Origin: a virus
Direction: 5' to 3' (one strand)
Length of the DNA: 64,000 bases
Virus record (IMG/VR): IMGVR_UViG_3300020193_000004
Span: 1 to 64,000 of that record
The stretch's first letter is position 1. Each line of letters starts with the position of its first letter. This document shows positions 56,280-64,000 of this stretch, in pieces. The notes beneath the pieces are model-generated. The model had not been told where the DNA came from. It ran no database searches and worked only from the letters and a program-made list of their open reading frames with translations. The translations under genes and the position numbers were made by a program.

Positions 56280-57710
56280 CTACCGGGCGGCGCGGACGCG
56301 GTACCAGTCGATGCTCATGACCTCGGCCTCGGCCCCGGCGTCGCGCTGGATGCAGAAGATGGGCTGGAGCATGTTGGAGTTGGTCAGGGCGCCGGCGTCG
56401 AGCGTCTGGGTGATCAGCACGCCGTTGACGTAGAACTTGACCGCGTTGAGGTCGGACGCGTCGATGCGGAACACCGTGTAGGTGTTGTCGACGATGTCCA
56501 GCGTGCTGTCGTTGTCGTCGTCGTCGAGGGTACCGTCGTCGGACTCGATGAGGATGTTCAGGTTCGCGCCTTCGACCCGGAACCAGAGGTTCGAGACGAC
56601 GGCGTCGAGCCCGTCCTCGGCGTTGGTGTGTGCGGAGCAGAGCCCCACGACCGCGCGCTGGTCGGCGGAGAAGGTGGCGCCGTCGAAGTTGATCTTGAGG
56701 CGGGCCTCGAAGATCGGGTTCTTCGTGGGGTCGAAGACCAGCTGGTCGCCGAAGGTGAGCTGTCCGGCTTGGGCTTCCGAGGTGCCGTCGTGGGTGAGGG
56801 CCCAGACGCCGCCGGCGACATCGGCCACGAAGTCGCCGGCGATGTTGGCGGTCTGCAGGTCCTTGGCGAGGGGTGCCGGCAAGGTGCCGGCGGCGTCGAG
56901 CTCAAAGTCGTACGACTTGCAGAAGAAGCTCCCGCCGATGGCGCCCCAGGGCTCGCTGTCGGCGACGAGGGCGGTCTCGTAGGCGAGTACGTCGTCCACC
57001 CACAGGCGGAGCATGTAGACCTTGCCCGAGGCGAGCGCGGTCGCATCGAAGTCGAAGGTGATCGCCGTGTCGGTGTAGATGGTGATGCCGGTCTTCGAGA
57101 CGGAGCCGTCGACCGCGACGGTGTCGATCTGGAGCACGGGGAGGCTCCCCGTACCGCCGTCGACCGTCACGGTCTCGTCGGCGTCGATGTCGCCGGCGGT
57201 GCCCACGGTTGCCTGGACCATGAACTTCGCCACCGCATCGGCGTTGATCGCCGCGACGATCTCGGCCGCTGTCGAGGCCCCGCCCGCACCGCCACCGTCG
57301 GAGCCGTGCACGATCTCGATCGTACCGGCCGCGGCGTCCGCGGTGATTGCGAGGGCCGCGTTGGTGTCCTCGATGGTGACCGTGATGGTCTGCTCGCCGG
57401 GGACCACCGCGGTGAAGGTCACCTGGCCGGTGCTGTCTGCCTGGGTCCCGGTCGACTTCGTCGCGCTGTCGATGAGGTTGGTCCCGGTGATGACCAGGTC
57501 CTGGTGCTGGATGAGGGCAAGCCACCCGATCTCCCGGCTGAGCGACTGGACCGCCGGGTAGTAGGAGTCGGACCGCGCCTCGATGATCTTGAGCGCGTCG
57601 AAGATGGCGTTATCGCGCTCGTCCAGCACGCGGTGCCTGCGGAGGGTGAGCTGCTCCTTCACGCGCTCGTAGTTGGTGACGCTCGAGAAGGCCTTGGAGT
57701 CGGTCGACAT
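56280..57710 (-). CDS. acidic virion structural protein (Ig/lectin-like domains)
   Basis: Between sheath and tube; STAAEIVAAINA; C-terminal VKFYVNG...IDWYRV. Confidence 0.65.
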   Translation of the reverse strand: MSTDSKAFSSVTNYERVKEQLTLRRHRVLDERDNAIFDALKIIEARSDSYYPAVQSLSREIGWLALIQHQDLVITGTNLIDSATKSTGTQADSTGQVTFTAVVPGEQTITVTIEDTNAALAITADAAAGTIEIVHGSDGGGAGGASTAAEIVAAINADAVAKFMVQATVGTAGDIDADETVTVDGGTGSLPVLQIDTVAVDGSVSKTGITIYTDTAITFDFDATALASGKVYMLRLWVDDVLAYETALVADSEPWGAIGGSFFCKSYDFELDAAGTLPAPLAKDLQTANIAGDFVADVAGGVWALTHDGTSEAQAGQLTFGDQLVFDPTKNPIFEARLKINFDGATFSADQRAVVGLCSAHTNAEDGLDAVVSNLWFRVEGANLNILIESDDGTLDDDDNDSTLDIVDNTYTVFRIDASDLNAVKFYVNGVLITQTLDAGALTNSNMLQPIFCIQRDAGAEAEVMSIDWYRVRAAR

Positions 57711-57747
57711 GGGAGGATTCTCCGCAGATTGAGGCAGTTGAAGTGTA

Positions 57748-60700
57748 TCAAGAGACGATGGTGATCTTGATCTTGTTGCAGGGGTAGACCGGCTCGACCG
57801 AGACATCAATGAGGACGGTGTCGGGCGCGTCGGTATCCTGCAGCAGCTTCGTGAGCTCGGCCTTGCGGACCACGCCGAGCAGCTCCGCGTAGTCCAGGAA
57901 GCCCTCGTTGCAGAGGGTCAGCTGGTCGAGGAAGCCGCTAGTGATGACGGACCGCCCGATGAACACGCGGTTCGTCGCCCGCAGGCCCTTCGCGAGCCAG
58001 TCGATCGCCTTCGTGATCGACAGCTCCTTGGTCTGGATGCTGGTCGGGTCGGTCGACAGCTGCTTCCGCGCGACCGGCACACCGCCCAGGTTGACCATCA
58101 CGTAGCGGCCGGCGTCGGCGATGGTGTCGAGCTGCTTCCCATTGTAGGTGTCGTCGGTCCCATACACCCGGGTGAAGCCCGCGACCGGGAAGTTCGTGAA
58201 CGGCTGCTGCGGGGGCTGCTCCGCCACCATACCGGCGATGGCCGCCGCCAGGTAGAAGCCCTCCACGTTCTGGGTCACGCCGTCGATGCTCGTGTCGACC
58301 GAGTCGCACGCCAGGTAGTAAACCCGGCGGTGCGCGAAAGCCGCGGCCTGCGACGCCGCGGCAGACGCCTCGGCGGCCAGGTCGGGGATCGTGGTCCCGG
58401 TCACGTAGAGCCTGTCGCCGCGGATCTTGAGCGTCCAGTCCGCGGCGGACAGCTCCTCGTCAAGGGTCTCGGTCGTGAAGAACCCGTCCGTGTTCTCGCC
58501 GTCCGCGAAGGTCACGCGCAGCGCGATGACCACGCCGTTGACCTCCTGCACGGAGTAGCGGCGGAGCTCCGAGACGCCCAGGGTCGTTACGACCAGCTCG
58601 AGGTAGAGGTTGTCGTCGACCGAGATCTCGTCCGAGGGGTCGATGCCGTTCTCGATGAGGTCCGACGCCGGGTTCACGTCGAGCGTGAACGAGTTCTCGG
58701 TCCCGTTGCTCTCCCCGTTCTCGCCGCTGGCCACGGTGACGGTGACCGCACGGTCCGGCAGCGCCGCCCAGATGAAGAGAATGCGCTCGCCGCGCTCCTC
58801 GGGGGCGCTCATCGCCTGGACGTGCGTGGACAGCAGCCCCTGCACGTACTCGTCGGCGGTGAGCGGCGCGATGGCGTAGACCTCCTTGCTCTCGATGTAC
58901 TCGATCGCGCGGCTCCATCCGTCCAGTGTCCCGTAGGGCGCGGCCGCACTCTCCTCGTCGATGCCGAGGGCGCTGATGGTTTGCGTCGGGCTGTTGGCGA
59001 GGGCCAGGAAGACGCCCAGGCACAGCGGGTTGTTGATGCTGATCGGTCCGATGGACGCCTCGAGGATCTCGGTACTCTCGAATGTCAGGAGCGCCGGGTC
59101 CTCCGCCGAGGCCGTCACGTCCTTCCGCAGCGCCGTGTACGGGATGTACACGTCGGCGAGGGCCGAGGCGAGCGAGAATGGGATGCCAGAGCTCCGGTTG
59201 CGCAGGATGTTGGGGCCGATGTGTACCGCACCGTCCCCGTCCAGGTAGAAGTCGGGGTCCGGGCGCCCTGCTCCCTCGTCGGTGCCGGTGATGCCGAAGA
59301 CCGTGTCCGCGGTAGAGGTGGAGTCGATCGCCACCTTCGACGCGGCGCCTGCGAGCAGGCTGGTCAGGACCAGCTTGCGGGTGTCCTCGGAAGCCACGTC
59401 TTCCGCACCATCGACGAGCTCGTTGATATCGTCGATGGCGGCCTGCAGCGAGTTCGTCGCGAACGTGATCTCGTAGTCGTACGGGTTGTCATCGAGGTTG
59501 AAGATCAGGATGGTGCTCTTGAGAGCGTCGGCGCCGCCGTCGTCCGCGTTGGTCCCGTTGGCTGCGCCCGCGTCGTTGTACGCCGCGGGGTCGACGTCGA
59601 AGCCCATCGCTGTGAAGCCGGCCTGCAGTGCGGCCGCCTCCAGCTCCATCACGACCCCACCGTCGATGGTGCGCACGGACACGACGTCGTTGTCGGCGCT
59701 GAACCACTCTACGAGACGCTTCGCTGCGGCGGTGATGCCGTTGAAGTTCGCCGCCGCGTTGAGCAGCTCGGTGAGCTCCTCAGCATCTGCCGAGCCGGCC
59801 ATCGCGTAGGTAGCCGTGCCTGTAATGGTGGTAGTGGTGCCGCCACCGTCGTCCGACCAGGTGAAGACGATGTCTGCGGGGGTGATACCACTGGGAGTAC
59901 CACCGAGCCACGTGGCCACGGCCTGCGCGTCGGACGCGCCGGAATCAAAGAGAACGTCGCGCAAGTTGGTACCGCCAGTACGGTCCGCGATCGTGATCGA
60001 CGCCGCGCCCGTGACCGTGATCTCGAACTGCTCGTCATCGAAATCGAAGATCACGGAGACAAGGCCCGACGCGGCACCGGCGCCGACCATCGCGGCCTCG
60101 AGCTGCGTCTCGAGGTCGGCGGCGAGCTCGTTCAGCGTCAGGCCCGTCCCGGTCGATAGCGAGATCACCACGGCGGCGGGGTTGCCGCCGGCGACGCCGG
60201 TCGTGGAGAAGTCGAAGCCGGAAGTGGCTCCCACGGTGAGGATGCCACCGAGGCCGCTGAAGTCCGTGACGCCGCCGACAGAGTCGAGCTGCGCGGGAGC
60301 GTCGCCAGTATCGTCGTGGAACCCGAGGAATCGGAACCCGTCGGTCTCGTCCACAGCGGTGATGGCGAGCGTCACGCTCGCGCCACCCTCGATCGTGGTG
60401 ATGGTGATCGTGCCGGTCGTGTCCGCCCCGCCGGAGTTCGTCATCGTCGCGATGGGGATGCCGCCGTCGTAGATGGTCGGGTCGAGGGTTCCATCGGTGG
60501 AGCCGAAGGCCTCGCAGAGCTTATCGGTCAGTGCCGCGAGCGTCCCCGCGTCCGTCGCCAGCGACACCGCCGCCGTGGTGACGGTGTGGGTGCCCTTCGA
60601 GTCCTCGATGGTGAGCTCGTAGACCTTCGTGGTCAGGTCGACCATGGGCAGGGCGAAGAAGTCGCTCGTGAGCGCTGCCTGGGTCGCGAACTCGACGTCC

Positions 60701-62274
60701 TTGCCGGTGTCGGTGGTCGCGGCGGTGGTCGAGAACAGGAGCGCGGTGTTGGCCGTGCCCGTGGACTTCACGGTAACAGACTGGTCTGCGCCGGCCTTCG
60801 TGGTCGTGAGCACGAGACGGTTGTCGACGGAGATGCTGATCGTGAGCTGGCCGAACTCGTCTGCGGCGGCCAGCAGATCCTTGAGCTCCGTGCGCGTGTA
60901 CGGGCCGCCGGCGAAGGTGTAGGTGACCTCCTCGCCCTCGACGCCGTCCTCAGTCACCTGGAAGATCAGCGTGAGGCTGGCCAGGCTCAGCGAGGCGGCG
61001 ATGGCGCCGGTGCTCTGCACGTAGGCCGAGCGGGACGCGAGCCCCTGGTTGGAACCGGTGAGCGTGGCGGCCTCGCCCTCGGGGGTGATCGAGCCGTACT
61101 CGAGCGCCTGCGCCCGGAAGTACGCGTACTTCGGCGCGAATGGGGTGCCGTGGTTCTCGGTGTTCACCTCGATGGTGTCGTAGACGCGGTTCGTGGGGTT
61201 CCCGTCGTCGTCGAACGTCGAGAGGCTGCTGTTGAGCTTGCCGATCTTGAACCGGCTGGCCTCGATCTTGGTGATCTCCCCGCTGCCGACCTGTGAGCCG
61301 TCGGCCCACATCTGGTCTCCGGGCTTCGCCGCCGTTGCTGCTGCGAGCGGCACCGTGGCGGACGTCCCGGTGTAGGTGACCGCGGCCGCCTTCGAGGTGT
61401 TGAAGGTCTCGTCGAGGTCGACCTGGCCTGCCCAGAGGAGGTTGGCGGTGGGAGCCGCGTCGAAGGAGAGCTGCTCGCTGTCGTCCTCGAAGTAGCCGCC
61501 ACGGTAGAACTCGAGCCACGGCGTGGTGAGGTCGCTGTCCTCGTCGTCCTGTCCGCGGAAGCCCGCGCCCTCGACGCGGTACTCCTTGGAGGCGTCGAAC
61601 GAGGCGCCGAAGAGGATGGTGAGGGCCGAGGTCCCGGCTCGGATGGTGATACTCGAGGTTGCGCCGAAGGTCGGCGAGGTGAGCTGCACCTTGTCCGAGC
61701 CGCTGACGTCGACCACCGTGGCGACCTCGGAACCGACGGCCTCGTTGATTGCCTCCGCGACCTCCTCTGCCGTCAGGGTCCCGACGAAGGTCACGGTGAT
61801 GTCGGAGGAGACGTTCACGGGGTTCACGACGTCGAAGGCGAACGTGAACGCGTCCCCCACGGTGGCGTCGAAGGCGAACGAGTCGCCGACAGAGGTGCGC
61901 AGCGCCGCGGCGCGGCACTTGTTCATCAGCTTGAGGAACGCCGAGCCGTACGAGTCGTTGCTGCCGCGGTCGAGCGTGCGGACACTCCCGCCGAAGTACA
62001 GCGAGACCCCGACGGTCTCCTCGTCGATGTTGAGCTCGTCGATGTTCTCGCGGGGGTCCGGGAAGTCCGCCTGCGGGATGAACATCGACGCTTGGTTGTA
62101 GCGTGCGTCGGGGTACTTCGCATCGCTGTTCAGCCCGCCGTCGCTGTCGAGGACCTCGATGATCTGACGACAGACGCCCATGACGAGAGGGACGAGGGCG
62201 GGAGACGAGGGCGTGGAAGAACTCGACGCGATTTCCTGCGTGATCTCGACACCGGGGCGGTTGCTGGATGCCAT
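57748..62274 (-). CDS. contractile tail sheath protein with large insertion domains
   Basis: N-terminal RPGVEI; C-terminal ELSITKAIDW...FIGR...VEPVYPCNKIKITI. Confidence 0.88.
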   Translation of the reverse strand: MASSNRPGVEITQEIASSSSTPSSPALVPLVMGVCRQIIEVLDSDGGLNSDAKYPDARYNQASMFIPQADFPDPRENIDELNIDEETVGVSLYFGGSVRTLDRGSNDSYGSAFLKLMNKCRAAALRTSVGDSFAFDATVGDAFTFAFDVVNPVNVSSDITVTFVGTLTAEEVAEAINEAVGSEVATVVDVSGSDKVQLTSPTFGATSSITIRAGTSALTILFGASFDASKEYRVEGAGFRGQDDEDSDLTTPWLEFYRGGYFEDDSEQLSFDAAPTANLLWAGQVDLDETFNTSKAAAVTYTGTSATVPLAAATAAKPGDQMWADGSQVGSGEITKIEASRFKIGKLNSSLSTFDDDGNPTNRVYDTIEVNTENHGTPFAPKYAYFRAQALEYGSITPEGEAATLTGSNQGLASRSAYVQSTGAIAASLSLASLTLIFQVTEDGVEGEEVTYTFAGGPYTRTELKDLLAAADEFGQLTISISVDNRLVLTTTKAGADQSVTVKSTGTANTALLFSTTAATTDTGKDVEFATQAALTSDFFALPMVDLTTKVYELTIEDSKGTHTVTTAAVSLATDAGTLAALTDKLCEAFGSTDGTLDPTIYDGGIPIATMTNSGGADTTGTITITTIEGGASVTLAITAVDETDGFRFLGFHDDTGDAPAQLDSVGGVTDFSGLGGILTVGATSGFDFSTTGVAGGNPAAVVISLSTGTGLTLNELAADLETQLEAAMVGAGAASGLVSVIFDFDDEQFEITVTGAASITIADRTGGTNLRDVLFDSGASDAQAVATWLGGTPSGITPADIVFTWSDDGGGTTTTITGTATYAMAGSADAEELTELLNAAANFNGITAAAKRLVEWFSADNDVVSVRTIDGGVVMELEAAALQAGFTAMGFDVDPAAYNDAGAANGTNADDGGADALKSTILIFNLDDNPYDYEITFATNSLQAAIDDINELVDGAEDVASEDTRKLVLTSLLAGAASKVAIDSTSTADTVFGITGTDEGAGRPDPDFYLDGDGAVHIGPNILRNRSSGIPFSLASALADVYIPYTALRKDVTASAEDPALLTFESTEILEASIGPISINNPLCLGVFLALANSPTQTISALGIDEESAAAPYGTLDGWSRAIEYIESKEVYAIAPLTADEYVQGLLSTHVQAMSAPEERGERILFIWAALPDRAVTVTVASGENGESNGTENSFTLDVNPASDLIENGIDPSDEISVDDNLYLELVVTTLGVSELRRYSVQEVNGVVIALRVTFADGENTDGFFTTETLDEELSAADWTLKIRGDRLYVTGTTIPDLAAEASAAASQAAAFAHRRVYYLACDSVDTSIDGVTQNVEGFYLAAAIAGMVAEQPPQQPFTNFPVAGFTRVYGTDDTYNGKQLDTIADAGRYVMVNLGGVPVARKQLSTDPTSIQTKELSITKAIDWLAKGLRATNRVFIGRSVITSGFLDQLTLCNEGFLDYAELLGVVRKAELTKLLQDTDAPDTVLIDVSVEPVYPCNKIKITIVS

Positions 62275-62276
62275 GT

Positions 62277-63071
62277 TCAGGCCTCGTCAGAGCTGTTGGA
62301 GGTGAAAACCGTCTCGAGGAGGACTTCAGCCTCTCGGAGGGTCTCGGGAGGTGAGCCGATCCGACGTACCACGACGGGCGCCGAAGACATCGCCAACTGT
62401 ACCTTCTCCAGCACGCTGGGGGAAGAGTAGAGGTAGTCCGAGGCGCGTCGTTCCTGGTTGATCATGTCGATCGACCGAGCACTTGCGGGAGCAGTGGGCT
62501 CTTCTGCCCATGTCCACTGGAACGAGAACGGGAGGTTGACCTGCACCATGAAGAGCCCGGTCGGGTCGCCGTGGATCAGTGCCCCCGGTGGGCTCGGGGA
62601 GTTCTGCGAGGCCGCCGGGCGCGCTATCTGATGGAACCCACCAGAGCCTTCGAGGAGGCGGCGGTTGGCGTACGTCCCGTGCACGACCAGGTGTGCCAGC
62701 CACTGCGCGACGACGTCGTTCTCGGCCAGGCAGTACACCACGAAGTGGCCGGAGATCAGGTCCGCGTGGACCCGCCGCCCGGTGGTGAGGTTCATGTACA
62801 TCAGCTGGTCGATACCGAGCCCCTGGTACTGGACAGGGCCCATGACGACGGTCACCGCAGGCTTCTTGCCCACCGTCTTCATGTCGAGCGGGGCCTCGGC
62901 GCGGATGATCACTTCCGTCCGCTCGGCATCCGGCTCCCAGTGGAACTTCCCCTCTGCGTTGAAGTTGAAGAGTCCCTGCAGGAACCGGACGAAGAGCTTC
63001 TGCGCATAGAGCAACGGGTTGTCCCCGCGCTCCAACGAGACGCGTCGCGAGCGGGTGGCAACCTCACTCAC
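62277..63071 (-). CDS. probable tail completion/terminator protein
   Basis: Immediately upstream of sheath; KKPAVTV; GGAG RBS. Confidence 0.55.
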   Translation of the reverse strand: MSEVATRSRRVSLERGDNPLLYAQKLFVRFLQGLFNFNAEGKFHWEPDAERTEVIIRAEAPLDMKTVGKKPAVTVVMGPVQYQGLGIDQLMYMNLTTGRRVHADLISGHFVVYCLAENDVVAQWLAHLVVHGTYANRRLLEGSGGFHQIARPAASQNSPSPPGALIHGDPTGLFMVQVNLPFSFQWTWAEEPTAPASARSIDMINQERRASDYLYSSPSVLEKVQLAMSSAPVVVRRIGSPPETLREAEVLLETVFTSNSSDEA

Positions 63072-63495
63072 GGGACAGCTCCAGGAGGGCTTGGTGGTAC
63101 ACGTCGTAGATGGAGGCGACCTTCTCAGACCCAGCAGCCTTGCGCTCCTTCTCCAGTCGAGAGACCTCCTCTGCGATACGGACTTGACCGGCCATGTGCG
63201 CGAGTCCAGCGCTGACGGTGGCCACGGAGCCGAGAGCCCCCACGGCCTGTGTGATGGCCCGACGCTGAACGTCCGGGTGGAGCCGCGCGAAGCGCGCACC
63301 GAACCGGGAACGGGCGAGGGCGTCGGCGACCGGTACCCCTGCGTAGTACCCGAGCGCGTGTGCAGCCGCGATTCCGCCCATGTTCGCCAGGACGAACCCC
63401 CAGGGGTACGACGATGGGGGCGTACGCGCAGCCTGCTCCTGGTACTCCTGGTACCCGGGCTGCTTCTTCATCTCGGCGACAGGGTCACGCATCAT
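63064..63495 (-). CDS. small membrane protein with C-terminal EKVASIYDVY motif
   Basis: Two hydrophobic segments; overlap coupling. Confidence 0.6.
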   Translation of the reverse strand: MMRDPVAEMKKQPGYQEYQEQAARTPPSSYPWGFVLANMGGIAAAHALGYYAGVPVADALARSRFGARFARLHPDVQRRAITQAVGALGSVATVSAGLAHMAGQVRIAEEVSRLEKERKAAGSEKVASIYDVYHQALLELSRE

Positions 63496-64000
63496 CGCGG
63501 TATCCGTACCGACCGAGTAGCCGATCCAGCTCGTCCGCGGGAGTCGAACTCGCTGCCTCGATCGTGTGTGGGTTCGTGTAGTTGCGCGACGCCGCGTGCG
63601 TGACCTCCCGGTGGTCGACCTGCAACGGAATCGCCGCCTCGATCGCACTGGGAGACAGCTGCACAGCCTGCGCCTCCTGATGCACCGAGACCCCGAGGCG
63701 GGTGGTGGCGGAGACGCTGAGCACTCGGAAACGCTGGTTCCGGTGGTCGATGATCAAGGACAGCGGGGTGATGCGCGGCGACGCCGTGGTGCGCAGGGTC
63801 AGCGTGTTCTGCTGATAGTGGTCGTACGTGGACGAGATCTCGACGGTCGGGTTCCGGTCGAACTGGATGAAGCACTCGACGGGGTAGTGGTAACCCCCCG
63901 AGAACCCAGTCCCCCAGCACACCGTGCAGGAGTCGTCCAGGCGCTTTGCGAGGGCGTCGTCCCAGCACTGCGGACAGCGCTGCCCGAAGGTGCGCCGCGG
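63485..64000 (-). CDS. probable neck/head-closure protein with Zn finger (5' truncated)
   Basis: GQRCPQCWD...CTVCWGTGFSGGY; IIDHRNQRFRVLSV. Confidence 0.6.
   Translation of the reverse strand, partial: PRRTFGQRCPQCWDDALAKRLDDSCTVCWGTGFSGGYHYPVECFIQFDRNPTVEISSTYDHYQQNTLTLRTTASPRITPLSLIIDHRNQRFRVLSVSATTRLGVSVHQEAQAVQLSPSAIEAAIPLQVDHREVTHAASRNYTNPHTIEAASSTPADELDRLLGRYGYRDDA

Noticed and set aside
54339-61296. Long + strand ORFs (632, 378, 609 and 326 aa)
   Set aside because: Antisense shadows of high-GC3 helicase, tube and sheath genes; no motifs
1-64000. Stop-codon reassignment
   Set aside because: Recognisable genes are full-length under the standard code and end in TAG, TGA or TAA

Overview
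This window is a 64-kb internal segment of a GC-rich, large (jumbo-type) myophage genome. I saw no host housekeeping operons, rRNA, integrase or CRISPR array. The + strand carries many short early-type genes behind a recurrent CATAAG promoter-like motif and hairpin+TTAG terminator-like elements. It also carries DNA-metabolism genes: ATP-dependent ligase, SSB, exonuclease III, type II topoisomerase B subunit, GIY-YIG/HNH nucleases, a ParB-like protein, an adenine methylase and a MoxR/VWA pair. An M15 endolysin is on the same strand. The - strand carries virion and assembly genes: tail sheath, tail tube, neck/completion proteins, GroES, and a tail-chaperone pair joined by a G-GGA-AAT -1 frameshift site. 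The most unusual feature is a group of - strand proteins (730, 1273, 136, 941 and 143 aa) built as strings of unrelated modules: kinase-like, SWIM, RNase-like, ADP-ribosyltransferase-like, GNAT, SNF2 helicase and glycine-zipper membrane segments. The module boundaries coincide with a K-x-A motif, which suggests protease-processed, virion-packaged effector polyproteins. All annotations come from motif recognition by eye; no database search was run.
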